64,000 nucleotides of DNA from Octopus vulgaris (taxonomy: Eukaryota): NCBI GenBank assembly GCA_951406725.2, contig OX597831.1, positions 7,006,001 through 7,070,000 on the forward strand, given 5' to 3'. The notes beneath the pieces are model-generated. The model saw only the letters and a list, made by a program, of their open reading frames with translations. It was not told the DNA's origin and did not search any database. Of this stretch, positions 1 to 12,302 are shown in pieces. The first letter of the stretch is position 1, and the number at the start of each line of letters is the position of its first letter. Both the position numbers and the translations under genes were made by a program.

Positions 1-26
1 ACTCTATGACTGAAAAAAAAAAAGCA

Positions 27-417
27 TCTTTATATAAGAGTGAAGTTGTGTGTCTGTCTCCTACAATTTAGATTCGTAACTACTCCCACATTTTGTGGTG
101 CAGTTTAACCAAAAGCAGGTATCTTATAGTCGTGATTCATATCGAGCCCTTCTGGGTATTAGCGCGTCTACGATGAGTCTATGATTTAAAAAAATTTACC
201 ATATTTTTCCATTTTAATGCATTTTTTTCGCTTTTTATATAAGGGAAGTAACTCTCTAAATATATCTACGATGTGTCAACGATTTAAAAAAAAAATTTAC
301 CTTAATTTTTTTTCAATTTTTAATGCATTTTTTTGCTATTTTTTGGCTATAACTCTCTAAAAATGCTTATATAGTTATTTCCCTTACAACCTGAGCAACG
401 CCGGGCGATACTGCTAG
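27..417 (+). mobile_element. Non-autonomous Helitron, family 1
   Basis: A|TC 5' end, 3' GC hairpin (ctgagcaacgccggg), CTAG|T end. A close inverted copy lies at 60599-60979. Confidence 0.8.
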
Positions 418-1096
418 TATATATATATACACACACACACACATATATATACGATGGGCTTCTTTCAGTTTCCATCTACCAAATCCACTCTCAAGGCTTT
501 GGTTGGCCTGAGGCTATAGTAGAAGACACTTGCCCAAGATGCCATGCAGTGGGACTGAACTTGAAACCATGTGGTTCATAAGCAAGCTACTTACTACACA
601 GCCACTCCTACTGCAACACATATTATACTCTCTTTCCACAGCTTCTCCTGTCCAATTTGTGGAAGATCCACATTTCAAAGACATCTGTTGTCTTTTCCAC
701 TCCTGTGTACAATGTCCAAGTTTCTGCCCCAAAGAGGACATTTGGCATAATATAACAGTTTACTGGCCTCAGTTTTAGATGCACTTCAAACTGCCCTCTT
801 TATCATTGTCAATATTCTGTTAATACCAAACTAATGTAATCATCCATTCTACTGACTGAGCTGTCATCTCTCTAGACTTGTGCTTTGGCAGAACAATGAA
901 CCAAATATCTTGCAGTCTTTAGTAATATCTCTTTACATTCTGTGTTTGACTCCCACCAAAGTCAACTTAGTTTTTTCATCCTTCCGAAGTCAGTAAAATG
1001 AAATTTCTCCTCAAGTTCTGGGATTCAAACTCTGTGCTGTTGTCTGTTGTCCAAGACTTGATTTTATTCAATTGCTGAAGCGTTTCTGGTTTTCAG

Positions 1097-1254
1097 AGTG
1101 TCTGGGTCTTCTGCTGATGTCACTGAAACTGGTTCCCGTTGACTGCAACCTTGTACCATTGCTGCTGTTGCTGGCAGACACCCTGTTGTCCCTGTTGAGA
1201 CAATACTTCACCCAGCAGTCGTTCCTCAGAGAAACTCACATGAAACAACTGAAG
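1097..1254 (+). CDS. TMEM232: TMEM232-like gene, first visible coding exon (ECLGLLLMSLKLVPVD...FLRETHMKQLK)
   Basis: Acceptor ttttcag| at 1096 and non-canonical donor AAG|gcaagt at 1255. Phase 0 into exon 2287. Peptide resembles the TMEM232 N-terminal half (recalled, not searched). Confidence 0.75.
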
Positions 1255-2286
1255 GCAAGTACAGCATTGATGGTGATGGTGATGACTAAAGATACTAACA
1301 TTGATCGTTTCTAACAGAGGCACAGGGGCAGGGATTTTGGTGAAGGTGGGCTTCATTGATTAAACTGACCCTGCAGGGATGAAATGCAAAGTTGAAATTG
1401 TCATTGTCAACATCACTGTCATCACTAACATCATTGCTCCTGTCAGCACCATCATCATCATCAGCATTATCACTGTCATCTTGCTATAATTTCTGAGACA
1501 TGTTCTAATAAATAAGAATAAAGTGTCTTGTCCAAGGACACACTACTCTTAACCAGACTTTCATTGCACAACCAAACCACCTACCATTTAGCTAGTAAGG
1601 AAGCCTCTATGTGGTTGTTTAATTTACTATAAATAGTAGCCAAATCTCCAAACAGTGTTGCCTATTAAGACTTCCACTTTCTTTCTTAGAAGGACTCCGT
1701 GTTCACCTCTGTTCTGACTGAATTTCTGAGATGTTGAAGTTTGTATTTTCTATCCATGTGAGGGGCCCAAGCAGTTACACATGTTATCTCGCTGTCTATC
1801 ACTGTCTCTCCTCCTCCTCCTCTTTTGTCTCTCTGTCTCTTTCTCTAGAGTAGATGTCTCCTCTGTCAACACCTGTTGATCAAATTGTCATCATCATCAT
1901 CAGGTAAGGGATTTGCAAATTCGGTTCAGTGTCGGCGAAAATACCTTGTGGTGTTTAAGTTCTGGCTCTTTATATTCTGTGTTCAAATCCTGCCAAGGTT
2001 AGCTTTGATACTCATATCTCCCCAGGGTTCATAAAGTACCAGTCAAGAACTGGGGGCGATTTTATGGCCATCTGCCTCTTCTTGGATTTGCAGGCCTTGT
2101 GCCTTTTTAGAAATAATTGCCATCATCATTACCATCACCATTGTCATCATCGTTGTCATCACTGTCATTGTTGTTCTCATATTAACTGAAACTGAAATAA
2201 AATTGGTGAAATTAATTCTTTATTTTGTTAGAAACTCATTTGACGGTTGAATCCCTGTTGAAATATGTTTTTTTTTTCCTTTCTAG

Positions 2287-2386
2287 GTTTGTCAACTTGT
2301 CTTCATGCGCTTGTATTACCACAAAATGGCCAACCACCTTGATGGATGGCAAGAAGTGAAGAAAAGATTACATTCTTACTTTGCCA
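2287..2386 (+). CDS. TMEM232: TMEM232-like exon (VCQLVFMRLYYHKMANHLDGWQEVKKRLHSYFA)
   Basis: Polypyrimidine tract + ttctag| acceptor, A|gtgagt donor, 100 nt, phase 0->1. LVFxRL motif as recalled for TMEM232. Confidence 0.8.
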
Positions 2387-2419
2387 GTGAGTATAGGTTT
2401 TAATTGTTTAATTGCTGAG

Positions 2420-2856
2420 ACATCTGGACACATTGAAACTCCAACGTCTAGCAGCTGACTTGGCAGACACCCATAAAATTATTAACCATCTTACAAACAA
2501 TAACTCTGAGCACCTTTTCAAACTCCACCTGTCTAACACCCGTGGACATGTTTACAAAGTCAGAAAACAGCACAGCTCCCATGACTTTCGGAAACATTTT
2601 TTCACACTAAGAGTTGCTGAAGCATGGAACAAACTGCCGGCATCAGTTGTTAGTTGTTGGAGCACTGCATCCTTCAAAACTTCCATGCTTCCTGAGATTC
2701 ACGAACACTACACCTAATTTTCTCCACTCCATACACACACAAGCATGTATCTGACTCATACACTGTTCGCTTTCCAGACATTTGTACATTACTGCATATG
2801 CACTTTTTGACAAATTGTGGTGCACCTGAGCACTGTATACAATAATTTCATTATTA
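2420..2856 (+). mobile_element. CR1-like LINE 3' fragment
   Basis: LDTLKLQRLAADL...TRGHVYK...FFTLRVAEAWNKLP, the CR1 ORF2 C-terminus, followed by 3'UTR and an (ATT)n tail. Confidence 0.85.
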
Positions 2857-4580
2857 TGTTACTGTATTGCTGACAGTAAATCACAGAAATCATCATCATC
2901 ATGATTGTTCTTATGTCTACTTTTCTATGCTTGCATCAGTCTGACAAGAGTAGATTAGAACAGAATTTGCCACAGCTGGATGCCTTTCCTGTTATCACCC
3001 CCACCCCCTCATTAGAAGAAGACAAGGCCAGAGTAAATCACTTGAATAAATTAAATTTGAGTTAATTAGTGTCGATTAATGATGCTGATGTTGTTTGGCA
3101 CATCTCAAAATATTGTGATTTAATCACTTTTGATTTGAATGTTTTGAACTTGTCCATGAATACAATTATAAAATAAAATAATAATAATGAAATTATTGCA
3201 TACAGTGCTCCGACAACTAACAACTGATGCCGGCAGTTTCTACAGCTGGATGCCCTTCCTAACGCCAACCGCTCCGAGAGTGTAGTGGGTGCTTTTACGT
3301 GCCACGGGCACGAGGGCCAGTTTGGTGGTACTGGCAACGGCCACGCCCAAATGGTGCTTTTTACAAGCCACCTGCACAGGAGCCAGTCCAGCGGCACTGG
3401 CAATGACCTTGTTCGAATGTTTCACATGCCACCAGCACAAGTGCTAGTAAGGCGACGCGGTAACGATCACGCCCGAATGGTGTGCTTAAACTGACTTTGT
3501 AAACATGTCCACGGGTGTTAGACAGGTACAGTATCTTCATGTCTATGTGTTTTGAACAAACTGAGATGAGACAACTTGTTTCCCTGGGGATAACTGAACA
3601 GACTGGATTGTTTTTACAGCCTTTCATTTGTTTAGATATACTTTTCATATTATTTCTCATAGATAAGATCTGTTAATGGCAGCGCTTTCAAATAGCTACA
3701 ACCTTCTGGTTGAAATTAGTAAAAATCTAGAAAAGTTTATTTTTGTTTCGTACATAAACTGCTTTGACTACATATATTTTTGGATGGCTCCCCCCCCCAT
3801 CCTTTAAAAATTTAAAAAGTAATCATCTTTTATAGACTGGTTAGTTTTAGAATTTTCCATGCAGGCATTGGTCATTTGACCAGATTAAATAAGCTACAAA
3901 GTTGTATTATGACTTGGTTGGATGCTGCCCTTCTTAACACCAACTTGTTTACAGTGTGAACTGAGTATTTTGTTTTCATGTGACTGGTATATAAAATCCT
4001 AACCTTGCAGAATTCCATTTTCTTTCTGTCTTTCAAATTCCACTGCTTGGACCCATGCTCTATGACTGAGGCTCTCTCTCTCTCAAAAAAAAAAGGATTC
4101 TTTTCATAAAATACGATTGAAAACAGTTTTACATCTAACTAGAATAAAAACCTCATATTTGTTAATGTGTGAATCATAGAGAAATGAGCCTCTGTCTGTT
4201 TGTTCCTTCTCAAGCCATGCCTGGCTCATAAGGGCCGGCTTCCCGGTTTCCTTGGCGTATAGGTTCCCCACCTGGACAGGACGCCGGTCCGTCACAGGTG
4301 AGCTGCAAGATGCAGGAGGAAAGAGTGAGAGAAAGTTGTGGCGAAAGTCAGCAGAAGTTTGCCATTACCTTCTGCCGGAGCTGCGTGAAGCTTAGGTGTT
4401 TCGCTCATAAACACACACATCGCCCGGTCTGAGATTCGAACCCGTGATCCCACGACCACGAGTCCGCTGCTCCAACCACTAGGCCATTTGCCTCCACGTC
4501 TGTCTGTGTCTCTGTCTGTCTGTCTCTCTCCCTCCCCTCTTTGCTTTTGGAATTTTCCAAACAGATCTTTTCCTTTTCAG

Positions 4581-4750
4581 GCTTCTCTGATTTCGCCTCC
4601 TTCTACACCAAGCATCCAGATGCCCACTTGTTGTTCAGATTTATTATACAAGTTGCTGACATCATCTTGGTTGATGATGATCTTGAAAATGATACAAATT
4701 ATGAGTTCTTTTCTCATAATTTCAAAACAGATTTACTCCCACCAGCTCTG
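4581..4750 (+). CDS. TMEM232: TMEM232-like exon (SFSDFASFYTKHPDAHLLFRFIIQVADIIL...LLPPAL)
   Basis: ccttttcag| acceptor, CTG|gtaaat donor, phase 1->0 matching both neighbours. Lies inside ORF 4541..4861. Confidence 0.8.
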
Positions 4751-4985
4751 GTAAATATCTTCTTTTGTGCTTTTTATTTAATAATTTGCTTTGATGAAGA
4801 TATTGATTGTCCTTTCAATAAAATTAACAGGAATAATATCTTAATAAATCTTGTTGCTTAGACACCTGTTTGTATTCTAATGTCTTTGTCTAATCACAAC
4901 TGTAAATGTTACAGATCTATTCTCAGAAATAAACACCTATGGCAAGTTGTAAATTACTTTAGTTTTAGCTTAGCTGAATTCCTTT

Positions 4986-5108
4986 CATTACGGCCATGTC
5001 ATGTTGAAAGCACCGGTTCTTGTCTGATGACCGAAGTTAAGCAACATCAAGCCTAGTGAGTACTTAGATGGGTGGCCACTTGGGAAACCTAGGTACTGTA
5101 AGCATTTT
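4986..5108 (+). pseudogene. 5S rRNA pseudogene / 5S-derived SINE head
   Basis: ~120-nt colinear match to animal 5S (TACGGCCAT...GAAAGCACCGGTTCT...CCGAAGTTAAGCAAC...AGTACTTAGATGGGTG...TGGGAA...CTGTAAGCATTTT) with many CpG-type substitutions. Single copy. Confidence 0.9.
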
Positions 5109-6033
5109 ATTACTTTGAATGGCGGTGCCCCAGCATGGCCACAGCTCGTGAGCTGAAACTAGATGAAAATGGAAAAAAAAATGAAAATGTATCAGGAAAT
5201 GAGATCTCTTCATCCAACATAGTTGCCAGCCTTGTTACAAGCCTGATCCCAGACACGATCCGTATTGGTCAGTTCCTTCTCCACAATCCTCAACCAGCTC
5301 TTGAGCAATTTGCTACACTTCCTTTGTGTCTTGTCCACCTCTTGCTTTCACTTGAAAGATGCTTTCTCCTCTCATTTTGTGGATGGGGCTGAGTAGCTTC
5401 TGTCGTTTGACACTGAGGATATTCTGTAGATTCCTCAGCCCAGCTGGATCCATGATGTGGTCATTTCAATACATATTTAGTATGTTTCTAAGGCAATGTC
5501 TGTGAAAGACATCTACATTTTTATAGACTCTGCTGGTCTTTCACCGTGTCTTGCAGGCATAAGTTACCATTAATGTAATAATCAGTGTTCAGGTGGTGTG
5601 CATGCCACGCAAAATGCTTTACAACATTTTGTCTGTCTTTATGTTCTGAGTTCAAATTCCGCCAAGGTCAACTTTGCCTTTCAGCCTTTTATGGTTGATA
5701 AAATAAGTACCAGTCATGCACTGGGGTTGATGTAATTGACTTATCCCCTCCCCTGAAATTGCTGGCCTTGTGCCAAAATTTGAAATCCATGTGACAATCA
5801 ATGTATAGAGATAGGATTTTGTGTCTTGTTTGCTGAAGGAATTGGACAATAGAAGCTTAATTAATTTGAATTTAGAATATGAATGCCATTTATGTGTTGC
5901 AGGCTTTGCTCTTGAAATAACTGTTAAATCTCCCTTAATTCAAACAGGAACTGCTAAATTAGACTGAATACCATCTCCCCCCCCCCTCACCACCACCCCT
6001 GCTTTGTATTCTTGGCATAATCCATTTACAGTA

Positions 6034-6301
6034 TTTCGTTTTGGGATTTGGTTTGCAAGATTCTTTATATGAGTTCGTGTGTTGAAGCATATTCTGTTGT
6101 GTCTGGGGAGAGTCATTTTCTTTTTGTGCCTTATTATTTAACACACTCACCGGTAAAATTTCCACTTTCAAAACTATTGAAAAGGTTGCAAGACGCAACG
6201 AAAATTTGAGGACAATAAAAATAGGAAAAAAGTGGAAATTTTACCAGTGAGTGTGTTACATAAGGCACAAAAAGAAAATGACTCTCCCCAGACACAACAA
6301 A
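6034..6301 (+). mobile_element. Fold-back Penelope-like element remnant
   Basis: 12-bp TSD CCATTTACAGTA, ~70-bp inverted arms (6096-6166 and 6230-6299), hammerhead-like motif in the loop. Confidence 0.7.
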
Positions 6302-6689
6302 CCATTTACAGTAGTCAACCAGTTATGAAGCAGTGGTTATCTCCCTTGAATAACTGTCTGCTAGAAGTTGCCACATGTTAGAAACATGTTGCCCATTGAA
6401 TTAGGTGGCTTCTTGAAGACAGTCTGATGATGGTTGAAGAAATAACAGATTGAAATATTGTCATAATGCTTAAAAACCAACTTAGGAACATATGTCCAAA
6501 TATGTTCCTTGAACATAAAAACCTATTTAAAGGATTTATCAGAATGGTTGGCTGCTGTTTTAGCAGGCAAAAGATTTACACAGGGAAAAGGGTGGGGAGT
6601 GGTTTCTATTACTGTTGTTGTTGGTGGTGGTGGCATGACAACGATGATGATGATGACGACTAAAAGTGCCTTGAATTTGTCTATTTCAG

Positions 6690-6937
6690 CTGAGTAAGGT
6701 CGAAAGCGATTCGCCTCCCCCAGAAATCTCTTGTCCGTCCCGTCACAGTTCATGGGTGAGTAAGAGCATGCATGAACTTAGTGCTCCTTTATGGCACGCC
6801 TTAAATGTTTGGAAATACCAAACATTGTGTTCCGGGGATGGAATGATCAGAGATACAATGAACAAGAAGGAACTGTATTTTGTTGACTCTCTTTCCTCGT
6901 TGATACAATGCACTTTTAATCTGGACACAGCTTCTTG
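6690..6937 (+). CDS. TMEM232: TMEM232-like exon (LSKVESDSPP...SMHELSAPLWHALNVWKY...LDTAS)
   Basis: ctatttcag| acceptor, TG|gtaagt donor, 248 nt open, phase 0->2. Confidence 0.8.
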
Positions 6938-7028
6938 GTAAGTCTGGCCTTAATCATTTCTATAAAGACGTCTGATCTGTTACATGCTGAACTTCAAGTA
7001 GATATAAGCCTTTACAACATGTATTTCA

Positions 7029-7062
<34 letters not shown>

Positions 7063-7415
7063 AACGACAAAATGTCTGTGTGTGTGTATCCTTTTATACA
7101 AATCCACAGTTTTTCAGTTAGAGGGCTCGCACTTTCTATGGTCATTCAAAACCGTCCAAGGGTGGTCGTGCACATCTTTACATTTCCCCAGTCAACCCGC
7201 AAAGCCATTAAAAAATCAATAGAGGTGACTTTTTTGTGAATTTTCTATCCAAAACCCAATCAAAATGCCCGAAACTTGATACGCCAATTGAATGCCAGTT
7301 AGCTGTATGTGATTGGTCGGAGATTTGGACAGTACTCGTGTGTATGTGCGCACGTATGCAGCTGTACATGCATGCAGTAGCACTATGACCTGGCAACGCT
7401 GGGTCATAGTTCTAG
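7029..7415 (+). mobile_element. Non-autonomous Helitron, family 2
   Basis: TC...(TA)n start, 3' hairpin tgacctggc-aac-gctgggtca, CTAG|T end. Second copy at 17440-17812. Confidence 0.8.
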
Positions 7416-8250
7416 TAGCCAGATATTTCTTGCCAAGAACATTTGGCTATAAGGAGTATCTGATTAAATAAAGTACCGTGCTTTCAATTGATAAGTCTTC
7501 ACTTCAGATTTACGACAGACATTTCATTGTGTGTTTTATTAATGGACTTAATTCTGTTTGTTGACAATAAGTACCAGATCTTATTGGAATGCTACATCCG
7601 TTAGAATTCACATGAGCTTTATGAATTGAAATAAGTGTTAAGCAGCAGCCCTTGGAACCTCTTGGGACTATGGAGGCATTTACTGAAGTATTTTATAACC
7701 AAATGTAAGAACTTCAATACAAGAAGAGAGACTATAGATGCTAATGCTAGAGTCTGTTAGAGTTTTGATGGCTCTGAGGAAGCTATAAGATGTTGCATAG
7801 GCACTCAGCAGAAACGACTGTGAGTCAATGGAGTTGATTATGTAATTCCTGTTTCCTTCTCATTCAATAACACACACACACACACATAATATGCTTCTCT
7901 ACAGTTTCCACCAAATTCACTCCCAAAGTGTTGCTTGACCCAACACTATAGAAGAAGATACTTGCCCTAGGTTTCATGCAGTGGAAACCATGTGGTTGCA
8001 TATATCATCATTTGACAACCACTTTTCCATGCTTGAATAGGTTAGACAGCAGTTTACTTGAGGCAGATTTTTTATGACTGGATGCCCTACCTGTTGCCAA
8101 CCATCACATTTTTATGACAGGCTTCTTTCAGTTTCCATCTATCAAATCCACTCACTATAACTCAGCATTGTCTGTATGGCAGACTTAAAATCCAACTAAT
8201 TTCATCTCCCTTCAATATAACTGAATTTACCTATTTGAAGCTTATAAATA

Positions 8251-8625
8251 GTGCTCAGGTGCACCACAACTTGTCAAGAGTGCATATAAAGCATATGCAG
8301 TAATGTACAAATGTCTGGCAAGCGAACAGTGTATGAGTCAGATACATGCTTGTGTGTGTATGGAGGGGAGAAAATCAGGTGTAGTGTTGGCGAATCTCAG
8401 GAAGCATGGAAGTTTTGAAGGATGCCGTGCTCTGACAACTAACAACTGATGCCAGCAGTTTGTTCCATGCTTCAGCAACTCTCAGCGTGAAAAAATGTTT
8501 CTGAAAGTCATGGGAGCTGTGCTGTTTTCTGACTTGGTAAACATGTCCACGGGTGTTAGACAGATGGAATTTGAAAAGGTGCTCAGAGTTATTGTTTGTG
8601 CGATGGTTGATAATTTTATGGGTGT
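8251..8625 (-). mobile_element. CR1-like LINE 3' fragment with 20-bp flanking duplication
   Basis: Reverse complement of the 2470-2835 region. CTATTTGAAGCTTATAAATA occurs at 8231-8250 and 8626-8645. Confidence 0.85.
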
Positions 8626-8671
8626 CTATTTGAAGCTTATAAATATTCTTTTTTTTTCTTCATTTCTACAG

Positions 8672-8826
8672 CTGGGTCGACTACGTTGTTGCCTTAAATG
8701 TGTTAGCTGAAGCAGCAAAGAGGAACTTCACAGTTCTAAGTATCCTTCAATATTTAGCATTTTGTAGCATATGTAAGAATGGTTTGCAAAATACGAGAGA
8801 AGATGGTTCCCAAAGACACTCAGCAG
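8672..8826 (+). CDS. TMEM232: TMEM232-like exon (CWVDYVVALNVLAEAAKRNFTVLSILQYLA...HSA)
   Basis: Long T tract + ctacag| acceptor, CAG|gttgtt donor (weak), phase 2->1. WxDxxxALxVLxEAAK motif. Confidence 0.78.
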
Positions 8827-9032
8827 GTTGTTGCTTTGTTCTCCTCTCATTTTCTTCTAATTGTTTTTTACCATTTACTTTTATTTATAGTTGAAACATA
8901 GAGAACTAATTCGTTATGCAACTGTTATTGTTTATCACAAGGATTCGGTGCCAAATGAACAGTGATGAATGAATTATCTCTTTGTAAATGGAATGAATGA
9001 TTCAGTGACACTAAACTTGTGGCCCAGCAGCA

Positions 9033-9400
9033 GGAGGCGCAATGGCCCAGTGGTTAGGGCAGCGGACTCGCGGTCAGAGGATCGCGGTTTCGATTCCCAG
9101 ACCGGGCGTTGTGTGTGTTTATTGAGTGAAAACACCTAAAGCTCCACAAGGCTCCGGCAGGGGGTGGTGGCGATCCCTGTTGAACTCTTTCATTCCAACT
9201 TTCTCTCACTCTTTCTTCCTGTTTCTTGTCCCCGACTTCCTACGCAACCGCTGAGCCTGGATGCGCATTCATCCATCCGTCGATCTCGGTGTCGGGGGTT
9301 GACCTGCTTTCTCTTCTGCGGGTCTTACGAATAGCAAAGGACCACGTTTCGGACTTCTCCCACTCTGGGACGAAGACCGCTTTGCTCAACAAACAAACAA
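9033..9400 (+). mobile_element. tRNA-derived SINE (family D)
   Basis: tRNA-like head with A-box TGGCCCAGTGG and B-box GGTTTCGATTCC, tail (AAAC)n. Related heads in reverse at ~4186-4496 and ~51355-51647. Confidence 0.8.
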
Positions 9401-9772
9401 AGCAGCAGCAGCAAAGTTCCCATCTTCTCATATCTTCTTGATCCTCTCTGTCTTTTTCTGCAGGGAATAAACTCGTCTGCATCATTTGTTTGGATCAGAC
9501 GCCTTTGTGTTGTTTCTCTTCACTGGTTCCATGTTAATGGGTTTCAGAACAAACCCATATAGAAAAAAAAGAAAACTGCAGCCTCGCAGCACGGTGACGT
9601 AAGCACATGTGATAACTGGTGCCTTCTGGGTAACTGGACATTGCGAGTGGTCGCTGGGGTGATTGAACAACCCTTAGTTCCAAAGCTAAACCCTGAAATG
9701 GAATGCTAAACATCAACACTTCCTAAATCTCAGATCCAGAGTTAATCTGGTTTTTGTTGATTTCATTCTTAG

Positions 9773-9863
9773 GATTTGAAGACAGAAATCAAGTTAAAAC
9801 CAAAGAACCGAAAGAAACGGAGAATGATTTTAAACGCAATTCACATGGAACATCACAGAATTG
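9773..9863 (+). CDS. TMEM232: TMEM232-like exon, low-complexity linker (GFEDRNQVKTKEPKETENDFKRNSHGTSQN)
   Basis: ttcttag| acceptor, TG|gtaagc donor. Phase 1->2 fits the chain. Confidence 0.65.
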
Positions 9864-11232
9864 GTAAGCTTATTTCTAATCCAGGGATCAAGTTTAGGAT
9901 AATCGAGTATTAAATCTGATGGCTGTCAGTCCTGTAGGTCATGGATTAAACTTCATCATTATCATCATCGTTTAACGTCTGCTTTCCATTCTAGCATGGG
10001 TTGGATGACTGACTGAGGGCTAGCAAACCAGATGGCTGCACCAGGCTCCAATCTTGATTTGGCAGAGTTTCTACAGCTGGATGCCCTTCCTAATGCCAAC
10101 CACTCCGAGAGTGTAGTGGGTGCTTTTATGTGCCAGTCAGGCAGTACTGGCAACGACCTTGCTCAAATCTTTTACACATGCCACTGGCACAGGTGCCAGT
10201 AAGGCAATGCTCTAATGGTGTCTTTTATGTGCCATCGGCACGGAGGCCAGAAAGTCGACGCTGGTAACGATCACACTCGGATGGTGTCTTTTAAGTGCCA
10301 CTGGCACAGAAGCCAGTTAGCCGCTCTGTCAATGATCACACTCGTATGGTGCTCTTTGCACCCCGCTAGCACGGACGCTGTTTCATATATAGTATTCAGG
10401 AAAATTACAAGTGTTGTTTAAGCTTACGAAGGAAACTTTATATTGTTGGTCAACCTGCAAGACATAGGAGAAAAATTCTCCCTCAGATCCTACTACTCTG
10501 AAAGAATACACTGGATGATGTCCCAGATATCCCTAAAATAAACAGTGATGGTCATGTTCAGAACAGCATTTTATAAATGTTTGCTCAGTTCAAGTTGATT
10601 TAGAGCTAAACAAGTGTTGACTCCTCTCACTGCCATTGTAGATGTGTAGCAGAGTGTGTGGGATGCAGCAGAAGTGGAAGGAGACCTTGGTGAAGGAAAG
10701 GGGACGGAAGTGTGGGAGTTTCTTCAGGGTCTTCACTTTAATATTCTTTGATTTAACTGTTTGAAGTTTTATGTTGATTTTTCTTTGTATTCTATGATGT
10801 GGGAGCTGTTTACACCGCTTGCATGACAGTGGCACTTGTTTACAGCTACCACACAATGTCAAAGTACACACACCCACACAACAACGGACTTTCAGTTCTA
10901 CCAAATCCACTCACGAGGCTGCCTTTTGCTGGCTTGGGGCTAGAATAGAAGACACTTGCCCAAAGTGCCGTGCAGTGGGATTGAACCTGAAACCATGTGA
11001 TTGGGAAGCCGGCTTCTTAATCATACAATCATGCCTGCTGCTCTGAATGTAAAGTTGTTATGTTATGAGGTGGGCAAAGAGGATTCTTTCAAGGTTGATA
11101 TTTTGGCTGAGAAAGAAAAAAATTTATGAAGAGGAAGAAAGAAGCATTGAAGTTGTCTATTCAAATTGTGACGAGCTATAAGAGATTTTGAAAAACATTT
11201 TCAAAAAGTTTAGTTTCTTTTATAATTTTATA

Positions 11233-11632
11233 GGCGTAGGAGTGGCTGTGTGGTAAGTAGCTTGCTTACCAACCACATGGTTCCAGGTTCAGTCCCTCTG
11301 CATGGCACCTTGGGCAAGTGTCTTCTACTATAGCCTCAGGCCGACCAAAGCCTTGTGAGTGGATTTGGTAGACGGAAACTGAAAGAAGCCCGTCGTATAT
11401 ATATATGTATGTGTGTGTGTATGTTTGTGTATCTGTGTTTGTCCACTCCCCCCAACATCTCTTGACAATCGATGCTGGTGTGTTTACATCCCCTTAACTT
11501 AGCGGTTCGGCATGAGAGACCGATAGAATAAGTACTAGGCTTACAAAGAATAAGTCGTGGGGTCGGTTTGCTCGACTAAAGGCGGTGCTCCAGCATGGCC
11601 ACAGTCGCATGACTGAAACAAGTAAAAGAGTA
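11233..11632 (+). mobile_element. tRNA-derived SINE (family A) with internal (TA)/(TG) microsatellite
   Basis: A-box TGGCTGTGTGG, B-box GGTTCAGTCCC, tail ggcggtgctccagcatggcc...gaaacaagtaaaagag. Other copies at 19611-20015 (+) and 22690-23078 (-), partial copies at 451-613, 10885-11040, 19090-19240 and 49045-49185. Confidence 0.85.
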
Positions 11633-11807
11633 ATTATTAAAAAAAAAATTAGGCCTTAATATCATTAAAAACTTAAAAAGTAAATACCAGTGAGGCATCA
11701 CCACCATCATCATCACCACCACCATCATCATCTCATTTATTCCGTTGTGTTTCTGTCCAACCTTTTACAACTCCAAACACTCACAGGACAAACTTTTATT
11801 TTATTAG

Positions 11808-11859
11808 CTTCTACAAAAGAAACGAAATCTTTGGTGATTTGAAGGAATCTGATAACAAG
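11808..11859 (+). CDS. TMEM232: TMEM232-like small exon (CFYKRNEIFGDLKESDNK)
   Basis: ttttattag| acceptor, AAG|gtaagt donor. The only open frame is the one required (phase 2->0). Confidence 0.65.
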
Positions 11860-12302
11860 GTAAGTCATCTGCAGAAATGGTCACTTTTGGCTTCTAGGAA
11901 AAGTATGACAAAGTTCAAATCCTTTGACATATTTTTATCAGCACTTTTTTCATTCATTTATTCTCTTTTTATTAATGAGTTGTTTTGTGTCATTAGCTTC
12001 CCAATTAGGACATCTCACTCACTGCAGCCATCATCCACTGGTGAATGTGACTTGGGAGCAGTTATCAGGCTTTCCTTTATTGTTTTGAATGGCTGGAGGG
12101 AGAGACAGGACTGCACCAGCAGTTAAGAGTACAATATTGTACATCTAATTAGTAATCCCTTCATCACTACTTTGGTTAGGAAGGTAAAGTCTACATTTTA
12201 CTGATGAAATCTAATAACACTGAAACATGCATGAAGTTATCTCCTGTATTTGTCAGAGTCGTGAAAATAACATGAGCTGTTGATGGATAAAATATTTTTC
12301 TT

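Noticed and set aside
642-778. Possible upstream TMEM232-like exon after ttccacag
   Set aside because: No convincing donor in the required phase and no recognisable similarity.
4986-5108. Functional 5S rRNA gene
   Set aside because: Solitary intronic copy with many substitutions, including in paired and internal-promoter regions.
9033-9110. tRNA-like sequence
   Set aside because: It continues into a SINE body and has related dispersed copies. No clean acceptor stem, so it is a SINE head and not a tRNA gene.
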